Below are positions 1-10,718 of a stretch of DNA of 64,000 bases, piece by piece. Each line of letters begins with the position of its first letter. The first letter of the stretch is position 1. The position numbers and the translations under genes are program-made. The notes beneath the pieces are model-generated. The model was not told where the DNA came from, searched no databases, and was given only the letters and a program-made list of their open reading frames with translations. The DNA is from Rickettsiales bacterium (lineage in GTDB: Bacteria > Pseudomonadota > Alphaproteobacteria > Rickettsiales > SXRF01), in assembly GCA_033762715.1 (NCBI GenBank), contig JANRLL010000007.1, positions 3,902 through 67,901 of the forward strand, given 5' to 3'.

Positions 1-1175
1 GCGCGCTTTATGTGGCGCTTTTTTGCCATGATATTGCCCAGGGCCGCGGCGGTGATCATTCGGAGTTAGGCGAGAAGGTGGTGGCTAAATTTGCCGAGCG
101 CTTGGGGCTCTCGGATGATGAGGTGCAAACGGCGGCTTGGCTCGTGCGCTATCATTTGCTTTTTTCCAATACCGCCTTTAAACGCGACGTGAATGATCCC
201 AAAACCGTGCAGGATTTTGTGGCGAAAGTGCAATCGCCGGAGCGGCTTCGCCTGCTTTACGTGCTAACCGTGGCCGATATGCGCGCAGTAAGTGCGGCAG
301 TGTGGAATGCGTGGAAAGCATCACTGCTGGCGGATCTTTACAAGCGGGCCGAGCAGCTGATGGGCACTGGCAACGTCATCGTGCATGCGCCTAAAACCGG
401 CCAAATTAAAGAATCGCTGCGTAAGCAATTGCCTGGCTGGGATGACGTCTCGCTGGATCTCTACACCGAGCAATGCAGCGCCTCGCTTTTGGCGGCGTGC
501 GATACGCACCAACACGCCATTATCGCGCGGATGCTGCGCGAAGCGCAGTCGGCGCCGCAGCCTTTGCTGATTGACACCCAGCATGATTATGAGCGCAGCA
601 TCACCGAGATTATCGTCTGCGCCACCGATCATAGCGGGTTGTTTTCCAAAATCTCCGGCGCCATGGCGCTGGCCGGCGCCAATATTATCAACGCCAAAAT
701 CTTCACGTTGAAAAACGGCATGGCGCTCGATATTTTCCAGTTGCAAGATACCACGGGCGATGTGTTTGACCGACCTGACCGCTTGGCCAAAATGTCGGTC
801 TATATTGAGCAGGCGCTCACGGGCGAGCTCGATATTGTAAAGGCGCTTGCTGAGCGGCGTAGCAGCTACAACGTCGATTCACGCGACAGCATGTCGGGTG
901 TGGGGCAGGTGTTTATTGAAAATAACGCCAGCAATATCTACACCGTGATTGAAATCACCGCCAAGGATCGCTCGGGGTTTTTGTATGAAATTACCGATGC
1001 GATGGTAGCACTCGGCCTGACCATTGCTACTGCCCATATCTATACCTACGGCACGCAGGTGGCCGACGTGTTTTACGTGAAAGACGTGTTTGGCCTGAAG
1101 CTCAATCACGATGCGAAAATCAGGCAGGTGCGCGATGCCTTGCTGAAAGTAGTCAATAACCGAAAAGCGGCTTGA
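1..1175 (+). CDS. glnD: [protein-PII] uridylyltransferase/uridylyl-removing enzyme, C-terminal part (5' end lies left of the window)
   Basis: Frame open from base 3 to the stop at 1173-1175. HD-domain remnant FCHDIAQGRGGDHSELG followed by two ACT-like segments (EIIVCATDHSGLFSKISGAMALAGANIINAKI; VIEITAKDRSGFLYEITDAMVALGLTIATAHI). Confidence 0.8.
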   Translation, partial: ALYVALFCHDIAQGRGGDHSELGEKVVAKFAERLGLSDDEVQTAAWLVRYHLLFSNTAFKRDVNDPKTVQDFVAKVQSPERLRLLYVLTVADMRAVSAAVWNAWKASLLADLYKRAEQLMGTGNVIVHAPKTGQIKESLRKQLPGWDDVSLDLYTEQCSASLLAACDTHQHAIIARMLREAQSAPQPLLIDTQHDYERSITEIIVCATDHSGLFSKISGAMALAGANIINAKIFTLKNGMALDIFQLQDTTGDVFDRPDRLAKMSVYIEQALTGELDIVKALAERRSSYNVDSRDSMSGVGQVFIENNASNIYTVIEITAKDRSGFLYEITDAMVALGLTIATAHIYTYGTQVADVFYVKDVFGLKLNHDAKIRQVRDALLKVVNNRKAA

Positions 1176-1791
1176 TAAACGGAATGGTAATCTCGCGCTT
1201 GGCGGCGAGCGCCTGACGGTCAATTTTTTCAACCGCATCTAGAATGGCGCTAAACGATCGCTCGCTGCGCGCCACCAGATACTCAATCACCTCGTTTGCG
1301 ACCTTGAGCTGCCGGTCGGCAAATTGCTTGCGCAGTACGGCAGCTAAGGCCGCATCATCCGGTGTGGCAATCGATACCGCCTGCATAGCGCGAAGACGCG
1401 AGGTGAGGTCGGCTAAATCAAATGGCAGCGTTGCAGCGGGCACCCGCGCAGTCAGCAGCAATGGATAGCCTTGTTCTTTCATGTAATTGATCAGGTGAAA
1501 AAGCGCTGCCTGGTCTGTGATCTGTTCGATGGCATCCACGGCAAGCGGACCGCTTATACTGGCCGGATTAAAGGAGAAATCCTGCCCCTGTACGATGTTT
1601 GCCTGGTTTGCATGTGCCCAGATATGCGCCAAATGGCTTTTGCCACTGCCGGACTCGCCCCAAAGCAGTAAGGCAGGCCATGACCAGGGTTGGGTCAGCA
1701 TCTGGTGTGCTTCGTGGTTACAGCTCGACACCACGAAATTGGCGGGCGAAAAATCCGCAGGCAATGACAGGCTGAAAGCGTATTGCGACAT
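1153..1791 (-). CDS. hda: DnaA-related regulatory inactivator (Hda/HdaA-like)
   Basis: 212 aa with P-loop LLLWGESGSGKSHLAHIW and a DnaA domain-III-like layout. Lies beside perM/purMN as in many proteobacteria. 3' end overlaps glnD by 23 nt (convergent). Confidence 0.7.
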   Translation of the reverse strand: MSQYAFSLSLPADFSPANFVVSSCNHEAHQMLTQPWSWPALLLWGESGSGKSHLAHIWAHANQANIVQGQDFSFNPASISGPLAVDAIEQITDQAALFHLINYMKEQGYPLLLTARVPAATLPFDLADLTSRLRAMQAVSIATPDDAALAAVLRKQFADRQLKVANEVIEYLVARSERSFSAILDAVEKIDRQALAAKREITIPFIKPLFGY

Positions 1792-1799
1792 GGTTGAAA

Positions 1800-2864
1800 C
1801 TATAGACGCGGCGGCAAAATAGCGCCGCTATAATAGCCACTGCGCAGATATTGCTCGATGGCAAAGCGAATCACCACACCCACCACCGCCGTAAACGGCA
1901 CGGCAATCAGAATGCCGACAAAGCCAAACAATGCGCCGCCTGCCAGCATGCCAAAAATAATCCACACCGGATGCAGCCCGACTTTATCACCCACGAGTTT
2001 TGGCGTAATCAGCGCGCCTTCGAGTACTTGGCCGGCCATGTAGACTCCCAGCACAAACGCCATGTCATGCCAGTTACCGAATTGGAAAAAAGCGACCGTG
2101 AGTGCCACGATGGCGCTAAACACCGCGCCAATATAAGGCAGGATCAACATGAATCCCGACATCATGCCAATCAGAATGGCAAATTTAAGGCCGGTCAAGG
2201 AGAGGCCCACCGCATAAAACACTGCCAGCAATAGACACACATTCAGCTGGCCGCGAATAAAACCAGCTAGGGTGCGATCGATGATTAGCAACTGTTGGCG
2301 AATGGTAGCTTCATAGGGGCGGGGTAGCAAATCGTGCAGGCGCGCAACAAGCCTGTCCCAATCGCGCAGCAGATAGAAAGTGACGACCGGCGTGATAAGA
2401 AGAAGCGACATGACGGTGACCACCGCCATACCCGATTGCAGCAAGCCGGTGATGAAATTACCGCTCATATTAAGCACGACGCCGGAGAGATTGCTGGCGA
2501 TAGTTTTTAAGTTCTCGATATGGATATCGTGCATACCCAGCCATTCGGCGAGCACCATGCCGTAATCATCTTCCAGCTGCGCCGCATATCGTGGTAGATC
2601 TGCTAAAAACGCGCTTAGCTGGCTGACGATGATGGGCATAATCAAAATGGAAAGGGCAAGGATAACCGAGAAAAACAGGCCGGTAATAACCAAGGTAGCC
2701 ATGCTGCGTGAAAAACCCCAACGCTCCATTCTATCTGCTGCCGGATCGAGGAAATAGGCGGTTAGAACACCCAGCACGAAAGGCAGCAGCACCTCGCGTA
2801 TGCCATAGAGGAAAAGCAGAAAGGTAAAGGCAATGCCAATCCAAAACATCCAACGTTTAGTCAC
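1800..2864 (-). CDS. AI-2E family transporter (PerM-like permease)
   Basis: 354 aa polytopic membrane protein. C-terminal motif region GDKVGLHPVWIIFGMLAGGALFGFVGILIAVP is typical of the AI-2E/PerM family. Confidence 0.8.
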   Translation of the reverse strand: MTKRWMFWIGIAFTFLLFLYGIREVLLPFVLGVLTAYFLDPAADRMERWGFSRSMATLVITGLFFSVILALSILIMPIIVSQLSAFLADLPRYAAQLEDDYGMVLAEWLGMHDIHIENLKTIASNLSGVVLNMSGNFITGLLQSGMAVVTVMSLLLITPVVTFYLLRDWDRLVARLHDLLPRPYEATIRQQLLIIDRTLAGFIRGQLNVCLLLAVFYAVGLSLTGLKFAILIGMMSGFMLILPYIGAVFSAIVALTVAFFQFGNWHDMAFVLGVYMAGQVLEGALITPKLVGDKVGLHPVWIIFGMLAGGALFGFVGILIAVPFTAVVGVVIRFAIEQYLRSGYYSGAILPPRL

Positions 2865-3948
2865 GTGAAATCACCCAATATTTTTCGGTTTGTGCCAGAC
2901 GTAGTTTATGCGCGGTCATGGCGCTGGCAAGCGATTGCGCAGTGCCGCGATAGTAAAGCACCATATCAACTTGCTGCGGCGACATGGCCAGTAGTTCAAT
3001 GCGATCAACCATGGGCATGCTGGAGAGCTTCTCGCGCAAATCGGTCCAGCTGCCTAGCGTGGTTATACTGGCTAGAATCATTACTTTATTGCGTTCACCG
3101 CCGCGCACTTCTTTCGATTGCGCCAGCTCTTCGGTTTTTTTGGTGCGTAGGTTATCGGCAATATCACGCGCCGCGCGAGCCAGCAGCAGATCGCGGGTTT
3201 CTTCCGGATCAGCGCGGTAAGTCAGCGCATTGGCCTGCACCTTACTGCGGTTGATACGGCGCATCACTACGTTGAGCGTCATGTCGGGATTGCGCTTATA
3301 GGTGGCCTGCGCGATGATGATATCACTTACCCCATAGCGTATAGCCAGTGGCGCCACAGCCGCATAGTTGGCGGTTGCCAAGTTGTTGGTGTTTAAGATG
3401 CCCGAATCGTTGGCGTCGCCATAAGGCAAAATAATATCGCCGGTATTGACCTCAAGGCCAAACATGCGCCAGACGTTGCGCCACGGGTTTTTATCTTCCC
3501 ACAGCATGACATTGCCTTCGGTTTCAAAAACCGGAATAATCAGAAAGGAGCTGGTGGTGATGTTATCGTCTTTTTCGACATCGGCGCTGATTTTGCCGAT
3601 CAGGCTGCTAATAGCGGCAGCGTCAAAGCTTACGCGCATCTGAGCGCGGTAGCGGTCGGAGGCGATTTTTTCATCCAAAATTTCGGTGCCACGCACCATG
3701 GCGGCAATTTTTTTGGCGTCGAGCGAGGCAATAATACCTTGCACTTGTTCAGGGGGGGCGAGCTTGTTCAGCAGGTCGGCCAGCGCATCTAAATGGGCTT
3801 TGGCCATAGCCTTATCGCGAGCATCGGTTGCGTCTTTACCGGTGATATCCACCGTGACTTCGCTATTGACTAACGCCTCGCCAGCCCACGCAAAAAGCGG
3901 CATCAACAAGCAGCACACCGATAGTAATAACGCGATAAATCTAAACAT
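2857..3948 (-). CDS. conserved exported protein of unknown function (possibly DUF2066-like, judged by position next to purM/perM/hda)
   Basis: The ORF track runs to 4017. I prefer the start at MFRFIALLLSVCCLLMPLFAWA (signal-peptide-like, ATG at 3948). No catalytic motif seen. The family assignment rests only on remembered synteny. Confidence 0.4.
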   Translation of the reverse strand: MFRFIALLLSVCCLLMPLFAWAGEALVNSEVTVDITGKDATDARDKAMAKAHLDALADLLNKLAPPEQVQGIIASLDAKKIAAMVRGTEILDEKIASDRYRAQMRVSFDAAAISSLIGKISADVEKDDNITTSSFLIIPVFETEGNVMLWEDKNPWRNVWRMFGLEVNTGDIILPYGDANDSGILNTNNLATANYAAVAPLAIRYGVSDIIIAQATYKRNPDMTLNVVMRRINRSKVQANALTYRADPEETRDLLLARAARDIADNLRTKKTEELAQSKEVRGGERNKVMILASITTLGSWTDLREKLSSMPMVDRIELLAMSPQQVDMVLYYRGTAQSLASAMTAHKLRLAQTEKYWVISRD

Positions 3949-4022
3949 ACCTGTATTAAGCACTTGAACCGGACAACAACAGGCATTACTCATACTGACA
4001 AAACCATCCAGAAGCAAGGCTC

Positions 4023-5066
4023 ATGGCAACAGCAACCTATAAAGAAGCAGGGGTTAATATCGATGCAGGCAACGCGCTGGTCGATCGTATTAAACCCTTG
4101 GCACGCGCAACTCGCCGCTTAGGCTCGCTCGATGATTTAGGCGGCTTTGGTGCGCTGTTTGATGTGAAGGCAGCTGGCTATAGCGATCCGCTTTTGGTCT
4201 CATCGACCGACGGTGTAGGAACCAAACTTAAAATTGCACAAACCTTGGATCGCCATGACACGATTGGTATCGATCTGGTGGCAATGTGCGTCAATGACCT
4301 GGTGGTGCAGGGTGCTGAGCCGCTCTTCTTCCTCGATTATTTTGCAACCGGCGCGCTGTCGGTAGATATAGCGGAAAAAGTAATTAAAGGTATTTCCGAT
4401 GGTTGCCAGCAAGCAGGGTGTGCGCTGATTGGCGGCGAGACCGCTGAGATGCCTGGCATGTATGGTCCCGGGGAATATGACCTTGCTGGCTTTACCGTCG
4501 GTGCGGTGGAGCGCTCGCAACTGCTGCCTAGCAAAGCGATGAGCGAAGGCGATGTGGTGTTGGGTTTGGCCTCGAGCGGCGTGCATTCGAACGGCTATTC
4601 GCTGGTGCGTCATATTATGGCGATGCAATCGCTGGATTATAATTCGGCGACACCGTTTGCGCCGAGCGAAAGCTTTGCCAATATTCTGATGACGCCAACG
4701 CGCATTTACGTGAAAGGCTGCCTCAAAGCATTGAAAGAATTTCCCGATGCCATCCGCGGATTTGCGCATATCACCGGCGGCGGCCTGCCGGAAAACCTGC
4801 CGCGCGTCTTGCCTAAAAATCTGGCAGCGGAGATTAACACAAACGCCTGGGAACGCCCTGCCATTTTACGTTGGCTGCAAGAAGCCGGCAATGTGCCTGA
4901 CGGCGATATGTGGCGCACCTTTAACTGCGGCATTGGTATGGTGGTGATTGTGGCCGCATCGGCAGCAAGCAGCGTGTCTGCCGCCCTAAAAGCGCAAGGC
5001 GAGACAGTATATGATCTCGGCCATATTATCCCTCGTAAAGCTGAGGGCGTGGTGCTGCGTGCGTAA
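4023..5066 (+). CDS. purM: phosphoribosylformylglycinamidine cyclo-ligase (AIR synthetase)
   Basis: 347 aa. Contains [22 protein letters not shown] and GGETAEMPG motifs typical of PurM. Confidence 0.95.
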   Translation: MATATYKEAGVNIDAGNALVDRIKPLARATRRLGSLDDLGGFGALFDVKAAGYSDPLLVSSTDGVGTKLKIAQTLDRHDTIGIDLVAMCVNDLVVQGAEPLFFLDYFATGALSVDIAEKVIKGISDGCQQAGCALIGGETAEMPGMYGPGEYDLAGFTVGAVERSQLLPSKAMSEGDVVLGLASSGVHSNGYSLVRHIMAMQSLDYNSATPFAPSESFANILMTPTRIYVKGCLKALKEFPDAIRGFAHITGGGLPENLPRVLPKNLAAEINTNAWERPAILRWLQEAGNVPDGDMWRTFNCGIGMVVIVAASAASSVSAALKAQGETVYDLGHIIPRKAEGVVLRA

Positions 5067-5640
5067 GCGCAAGATTGCAGTTCTTATTTCCGGTAGTGGC
5101 AGTAATTTGCAGGCATTGATCGATGCGACGCAAGCAGCCGATTTTCCAGCACAGATTGAATTGGTTATCTCCAATAAGCCCGACGCCTATGGATTGTTGC
5201 GGGCACAACAGGCTAAAATCGCCACGCAGGTGATTAATCATAAAGACTATGCCACCCGCCAAGCCTTTGATGCGGCGCTACAAAAATCGCTGGAGACCGC
5301 ACAGATAGAGATTGTATGCCTGGCCGGATTTATGCGTTTGCTGACAAGCGAATTGGTCAATCAGTGGCAAGGCAGAATGCTCAATATCCACCCGTCCTTG
5401 CTGCCAGCGTTTAAAGGCGCGCATGCCATTGCCGATGCGTTAGCGGCCGGCGCCAAAGAAACGGGCTGCACGGTGCATTACGTGGTGCCGGAAATGGATG
5501 CAGGTCCGGTGCTTGTGCAGGCGAAAGTAGCCATACTGCCAGGTGACACGCAAGACACGCTGGCTGCGCGCATTCACGCGCAAGAGCACATCATCTATCC
5601 ACAAGCGCTCAAAAAGCTGGCGCTAAGTCTTGCTGATTAG
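5059..5640 (+). CDS. purN: phosphoribosylglycinamide formyltransferase
   Basis: Contains [18 protein letters not shown] and [13 protein letters not shown] chose the GTG at 5059, which overlaps the purM stop. The ORF track offers an ATG at 5011 that adds an atypical 16-aa extension. Confidence 0.88.
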   Translation: MRKRKIAVLISGSGSNLQALIDATQAADFPAQIELVISNKPDAYGLLRAQQAKIATQVINHKDYATRQAFDAALQKSLETAQIEIVCLAGFMRLLTSELVNQWQGRMLNIHPSLLPAFKGAHAIADALAAGAKETGCTVHYVVPEMDAGPVLVQAKVAILPGDTQDTLAARIHAQEHIIYPQALKKLALSLAD

Positions 5641-6059
5641 CCGACGATTTCGGAATCGCTAAAGAAGAAGCGGATTTCGTTAGCGGCGTTTTCCAAGCTA
5701 TCGGAACCATGCACCGAGTTTTCGCCGATCGAGAGGGCGAATTCTTTACGGATGGTACCAGGTGCAGCATCTTTCGGGTTGGTAGCGCCCATGATGTCGC
5801 GGTATTTCGCCACAGCGTTTTCGCCTTCGAGCACTTGCACGATTACTGGCTCAGACACCATATATTCCACCAGCTCGCCAAAGAAGGGGCGCTCTTTATG
5901 GACTTCGTAGAATTTGCCGGCTTGGCGGCGGCTCAAAATCAAACGCTTTTGCGCAACGATGCGAAGACCTGCATCTTCGATCACGGCATTGATTTTACCG
6001 GTTAAGTTACGCTTGGTAGCATCCGGTTTAATAATAGAAAAAGTACGCTGTATCGCCAT
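5637..6059 (-). CDS. ndk: nucleoside-diphosphate kinase
   Basis: Starts [14 protein letters not shown] with active-site region NSVHGSDS. 140 aa after trimming the ORF-track extension (5637..6203) to the ATG at 6059. Confidence 0.95.
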   Translation of the reverse strand: MAIQRTFSIIKPDATKRNLTGKINAVIEDAGLRIVAQKRLILSRRQAGKFYEVHKERPFFGELVEYMVSEPVIVQVLEGENAVAKYRDIMGATNPKDAAPGTIRKEFALSIGENSVHGSDSLENAANEIRFFFSDSEIVG

Positions 6060-6194
6060 AAATATGCTCCTATAAGTTGTGGGGTGTATAAGGGCAAAAT
6101 AGGTAGAAAGCAACTGTTTTGCGTTTTGCTCGCCAATAGGGCTATACAAATGCGCTAAATCGATTATGTTACAGCCCATTAACAAGGGTCTGCC

Positions 6195-7013
6195 ATGCGC
6201 CATATTGCTGTAATTGCTAGCCTTTTATTGCTTACTGCCTGTAGCAATCTGAGCTCGCTCAGTGAGCGCAACCCGCAAGCCAACGATTTCCCTGGCACAC
6301 TTGCCGCCGAATATTTGGAGTTTGCCAAGGCGCAGGCTGAAATGGGCGATACAGACGCCTCCGAGCATTTCGCTGCTAAAGGACTGCAAACTATGAAGGG
6401 TTATAAGGTGTTGCCGGATGAGCCGTCACAGGCCATTGGCAAACGCCAACGCACCCAGCTGGTTGCTGCGCGCACCGCGTTTGTTTCGCTTTTGTCGGAT
6501 GATATGCGCAAAGAAGCGCCCCAACAGCTGGCGCGGGCGCAATTGCTGCTGGAATGCTGGCTGTCGAAGGCTGCTGCCAAAGCCAGCGTCTCGCCCTGCA
6601 AAGAAGAATATGAGTCGGCCTTGGCTGACTTGAATGAAATCGTGGATACGCTGTCTTACGGCGTTGAATCGGAATATGATGTTGCCTTTGCCGAAGGCAG
6701 CGCTGAATTGGAAGAGGAAGCGCGCGCACAGCTAACGCAGATTGCGCAAAAAGCGGCTCAGCTGCCGCGTTATAGAATCTGCTTTGATGGCTATACTGGA
6801 CCCGATCGCAGCTTTCGTAAATTGGCGCAACGGCGCATCGAGGTGATTCGCGCCGAGCTGATTAAGCTGCATATCAACCCTAACCGCATCGAAGCGCGTA
6901 AACCGGCTTCTGATAAGGCCGTGTATTTAAGTCATGACGAAGACGATAGTGACACCGATCGTATCGTCGTGACGATTAAAACCTTAGCCGACACCTTACC
7001 GACCAACCCTTAG
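6195..7013 (+). CDS. lipoprotein with OmpA-like C-terminal region
   Basis: Lipobox LLLLTAC at the N-terminus. C-terminal segment [42 protein letters not shown] resembles OmpA/MotB-type domains. Confidence 0.5.
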   Translation: MRHIAVIASLLLLTACSNLSSLSERNPQANDFPGTLAAEYLEFAKAQAEMGDTDASEHFAAKGLQTMKGYKVLPDEPSQAIGKRQRTQLVAARTAFVSLLSDDMRKEAPQQLARAQLLLECWLSKAAAKASVSPCKEEYESALADLNEIVDTLSYGVESEYDVAFAEGSAELEEEARAQLTQIAQKAAQLPRYRICFDGYTGPDRSFRKLAQRRIEVIRAELIKLHINPNRIEARKPASDKAVYLSHDEDDSDTDRIVVTIKTLADTLPTNP

Positions 7014-7038
7014 TGAATAGAAGTGCTATTTTACCCCT

Positions 7039-8598
7039 ATGTCCGACCGTATTTTAATTCTCGATTTTGGCTCACAAGTTACCCAATTAATTGCCCGTCG
7101 CGTGCGCGAATTGGGCGTTTATAGTGAAATTCGTCCATTCAATATTTCCGATGAAGACATCGCCGCTTTCAAACCCAAAGCCATTATTCTCTCAGGCGGG
7201 CCGGCCTCGGTGCATCAGGATTTCTCACCCAAAGTAAGCCCAATCGTCTTTACGTTAGGCATACCCATCTTGGGGATTTGTTACGGCGAGCAACTGCTCT
7301 GCCAGCAGTTGGGCGGCAAAGTAGAATCCTCCGATCACCGCGAATTCGGACGCGCCTTTATTGATGTGGCGGAAGATTGCGCGTTGTTTGACGGTATTTG
7401 GACAAAAGGCAATCAATACCAAGTTTGGATGAGTCATGGCGACCGTGTGATTTCATTACCGTCTGGTTTTAACACCGTGGCCACCACGCCATCGGCGCCG
7501 TTTGCCGCGATTGCTGACGAAAAGCGTCGTTATTACGGTGTGCAGTTTCATCCGGAAGTGGTGCACACACCGGACGGCGGCAAGTTACTGGCCAATTTTG
7601 TACAGAAGATTGCGGGCTGCCGAGGCGATTGGACCATGGCGGCGTTTAAACAATCGGCCATCGCGCGGATTCGCGACCAGGTGGGCGATAAGCGCGTGAT
7701 TTGCGGCGTTAGCGGCGGGGTGGATAGTTCGGTGGTAGCTGCGCTCTTGCATGAGGCCATTGGCGATCAGCTGATTTGTATTTTCGTCAATACCGGACTG
7801 CTGCGCGGCAATGAGCCGGAGCAGGTCGAAAAATTACTGCGCGATCATTTCCATATTAACCTGGTGCATGTCGACGCTGGCCAAATTTTCATGCAGCGTT
7901 TGGAGGGGGTGAGCGATCCCGAGCGTAAGCGTAAAATCATCGGCGAAACCTTTATTGAGATTTTTGAGAAAGAAGCCGAGTTTGCTAAAGGTGAGGGCGA
8001 AGAGATTGGCTTCCTCGCGCAAGGCACGCTCTATCCGGATGTGATCGAATCCATCTCTTTTACCGGCGGGCCCAGTGTGACCATCAAATCGCACCATAAT
8101 GTCGGCGGACTGCCTGAGCGCATGAAAATGGAGTTGGTGGAGCCGCTGCGGGAATTGTTTAAAGATGAGGTGCGGGTGCTTGGCCGTGAACTCGGTATGC
8201 CCGACCAGATGGTGGGCCGTCATCCGTTCCCAGGCCCAGGTTTGGCGATTCGCATTCCTGGCGAGATCACGCAGGATAAAATCGAGATTTTGCGCAAGGC
8301 CGACACCATCTATATCGAAGAGATTCGTAAAGCCGAACTCTATGACGAAATTTGGCAAGCCTTTGCCGTATTGCTGCCAGTGCGCACGGTAGGTGTGATG
8401 GGTGATTCGCGCAGCTATGATTATGTATGCGCCTTAAGAGCGGTGACTTCCACCGATGGCATGACCGCGGATTATTATCCATTCAGCCACGAATTTTTAG
8501 GTCGCGTCTGCGCACGTATCATCAATGAAGTAAAAGGTATTAACCGTGTTGTTTACGACATTACTAGCAAACCACCTGGCACGATCGAATGGGAATGA
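7039..8598 (+). CDS. guaA: GMP synthase (glutamine-hydrolysing)
   Basis: 519 aa. GATase1 motif [12 protein letters not shown]-PPase motif [10 protein letters not shown] and C-terminal KPPGTIEWE. Confidence 0.97.
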   Translation: MSDRILILDFGSQVTQLIARRVRELGVYSEIRPFNISDEDIAAFKPKAIILSGGPASVHQDFSPKVSPIVFTLGIPILGICYGEQLLCQQLGGKVESSDHREFGRAFIDVAEDCALFDGIWTKGNQYQVWMSHGDRVISLPSGFNTVATTPSAPFAAIADEKRRYYGVQFHPEVVHTPDGGKLLANFVQKIAGCRGDWTMAAFKQSAIARIRDQVGDKRVICGVSGGVDSSVVAALLHEAIGDQLICIFVNTGLLRGNEPEQVEKLLRDHFHINLVHVDAGQIFMQRLEGVSDPERKRKIIGETFIEIFEKEAEFAKGEGEEIGFLAQGTLYPDVIESISFTGGPSVTIKSHHNVGGLPERMKMELVEPLRELFKDEVRVLGRELGMPDQMVGRHPFPGPGLAIRIPGEITQDKIEILRKADTIYIEEIRKAELYDEIWQAFAVLLPVRTVGVMGDSRSYDYVCALRAVTSTDGMTADYYPFSHEFLGRVCARIINEVKGINRVVYDITSKPPGTIEWE

Positions 8599-8717
8599 AA
8601 ATGATTTCTAGGGTCAAGCGCGTCGTTATCTTTGTGCTCGAATCCTCACGTAGCGCTGCTACGCTGCGGCCCTGCGCGCAAAGCTGCCTAGCACCTACCT
8701 CCTATAAATCATTTTGA
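8596..8717 (+). repeat. ~120-nt nested-palindrome intergenic element, copy A (divergent member)
   Basis: Outer arms aaaatgatttctagg (8598-8612) and cctataaatcatttt (8701-8715) are 14/15 complementary. Central hairpin cgtagc-gct-gctacg (8649-8663) is preceded by cctca and followed by ctgcgg. The element starts at the guaA stop codon. Confidence 0.55.
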
Positions 8718-8741
8718 GGACGAGGATAAAAACAAAACAAT

Positions 8742-9383
8742 ATGACTGATTTTTTACGTGAGATTGAAGAAGATATTCGCCGCCAACGCTTAGCCGAACT
8801 ATGGAGTAAGCTGGGTAAGGCCGCTGTAATTGCTAGTGTGACGATCGTGCTGGTGACGGTGGTGTATGTGCTATGGCAAAATCATCGCGCTTCGTACCAG
8901 GCTGAGCAAACCAGCCTTTTGTTGCGTGGCATGGAGCGCTTGCAATCGTCCGATTATCGCGGAGCGGTGGAATTGTTTGATACGATTATTGTGGATTCCA
9001 ATGCGAATTACCAAGCCCTCGCCTTACTGCAAAAAGCGCAGGCGCTCAAAGCATTGGGTGATGAGGCGGGTGTAAAAGCAACGCTGCAAGCATTGGCAGC
9101 CTTGCAATCCAAAAACCCTATCGCCGGACTGGCGCCGGTATTGGCAGCCGATGCGTCCGATACGCTGATTGAGCCCGTCAAAGATTCGCCTTTTTACTAC
9201 AGCCAACAGGAAGCACGCGCCTGGCAGTTATTGAAACAGGCAAAACCAAAAGAAGCCGCTCTGGTCTTGCAAGAGCTGATCAATGATCGCGCATCCCCTT
9301 CTTCTATGCGCAAACGCGCGCAAGAATTGCTGGCATTGGTTGCACCCGATGCTCCAGCCACCGAGGCAGGTCATGCGCCGTAA
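8742..9383 (+). CDS. YfgM-like membrane-anchored tetratricopeptide-repeat protein
   Basis: N-terminal charged segment plus one TM (AAVIASVTIVLVTVVYVLW), then a helical repeat region. Sits in the conserved yfgM-bamB-der order. Confidence 0.55.
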   Translation: MTDFLREIEEDIRRQRLAELWSKLGKAAVIASVTIVLVTVVYVLWQNHRASYQAEQTSLLLRGMERLQSSDYRGAVELFDTIIVDSNANYQALALLQKAQALKALGDEAGVKATLQALAALQSKNPIAGLAPVLAADASDTLIEPVKDSPFYYSQQEARAWQLLKQAKPKEAALVLQELINDRASPSSMRKRAQELLALVAPDAPATEAGHAP

Positions 9384-10716
9384 CTCGCTCATTGTCATAG
9401 GTGCGTTATGGCTGCCGCTGGCATTGGGTGCGTGTAGCTCACTTCCAAGCTGGCTGGGCGGTGAAAAAGCGCCAGATAAACCCAAAACCGAAGGCAAGCG
9501 CGAGGAAGTGTTGCCGGTGCTAGAGCAGTTGCAGCCGGATGATGAGTTGAAAGATGTTGCCTTGCAGTTGCCGCCAGCGACTGAAAATAGCGATTGGCCG
9601 CAACATAGTGCGGGGCTCAGTGCTGCGCAAACCAACCTTGCGATCAAAGGATTTTCTGAAGATGACAGTGCGACCATTGGGGATGGGGAAGAGTTCAGCC
9701 ATTTGCTGATTCCGCGTCCGGTGGTGGCTGCTGGCAAAGTATTTGCCATGGATGCCGCCGGTTATATTTCTGCCCATGATGCAGCGCGTATCGATAAGGT
9801 GCTGTGGGAAAGCAAAGGACTTGCCGAAGAAGATGAGCCCGAACTGTTTGGCGGTGGCTTGGCCTATTATGATGGCAAGCTGTATGCGGTGTCGGGTCGT
9901 GGCACGGTGGCGGCGTTTGATGCTGGCAACGGCAAGCAGCTTTGGCAAAAAACCATTATCGTTCCTTTCCGCAGTGCGCCGTGGGTCGCAGGTGACAAAA
10001 TGTTTGCCGTTACCATCGATAACCAAATTTTTGCCTTTAGCACCGCCAATGGCGATATTTTATGGAGCCAACGCGGCATTGGCGAGACGGCTGGCTTGAT
10101 TACCTCTTCCTCGCCACTGGCCGAAGGCAACCGTCTGATTGTGCCTTATTCATCGGGCGATATTTATGCGCTAACCGCTGAAGATGGCCAAGAAATCTGG
10201 CATGAGTCTTTAGCAACTAGCGCGCAATCGCGCTCGGCATCGGTGTTTTCTGGTGTGGGTGGTGATCCAGTGATTGATGGTCGCGTGGTGATTGCTGTAA
10301 GTAGCGGCGGCACACTTACTGTATTTAATTTGGAAACCGGTCAGCGCGTATGGTCGCGCCCCTTATCATCCTTGAATAATCCGTGGGTAACCGGCGATTA
10401 TCTTTATGTGCTGACGGCTGATAATGTGTTGGTGTGTTTCGTGAAATTCAACGGCAAGATTCGCTGGTCGACGCAATTGGTGAGTTTTGAAAATCAAAAA
10501 GAAAAGAAAAACCCGATTCGCTGGAGCGGTCCGGTGATGGTCGGTGGCAAGTTAGCGCTGGTGGGCTCGCACGGTATATTGCAGCTGCTCTCGGCCACCG
10601 ACGGCACGTTGCTTGAAAAACATAAGATAGAAGAAGGTATCGTCACCCCGCCGGTGGTTGCAGGCGGGCGCATGTATTTGGTTGGCCCTGAGGCCAACCT
10701 CTATTCGCTGTATTAA
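9373..10716 (+). CDS. bamB: outer membrane protein assembly factor BamB (PQQ-like beta-propeller lipoprotein)
   Basis: Start trimmed to MRRNSLIVIGALWLPLALGAC (lipobox). Repeated beta-propeller-like blades (GKVFAMDAAGYISA, GKLYAVSGRGTVAAFDAGNGKQLW, LYVLTADNVLVCF). Lies immediately upstream of der. Confidence 0.8.
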   Translation: MRRNSLIVIGALWLPLALGACSSLPSWLGGEKAPDKPKTEGKREEVLPVLEQLQPDDELKDVALQLPPATENSDWPQHSAGLSAAQTNLAIKGFSEDDSATIGDGEEFSHLLIPRPVVAAGKVFAMDAAGYISAHDAARIDKVLWESKGLAEEDEPELFGGGLAYYDGKLYAVSGRGTVAAFDAGNGKQLWQKTIIVPFRSAPWVAGDKMFAVTIDNQIFAFSTANGDILWSQRGIGETAGLITSSSPLAEGNRLIVPYSSGDIYALTAEDGQEIWHESLATSAQSRSASVFSGVGGDPVIDGRVVIAVSSGGTLTVFNLETGQRVWSRPLSSLNNPWVTGDYLYVLTADNVLVCFVKFNGKIRWSTQLVSFENQKEKKNPIRWSGPVMVGGKLALVGSHGILQLLSATDGTLLEKHKIEEGIVTPPVVAGGRMYLVGPEANLYSLY

Positions 10717-10718
10717 TT

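Noticed and set aside
5637-6203. Long N-terminal extensions in ORF-track entries (ndk, ilvC, tadA, bamB, mscL, degP, fliX, hmgA)
   Set aside because: Conserved N-termini and SD sequences point to internal starts, and the extensions overlap neighbouring genes or promoters. Coordinates were trimmed accordingly.
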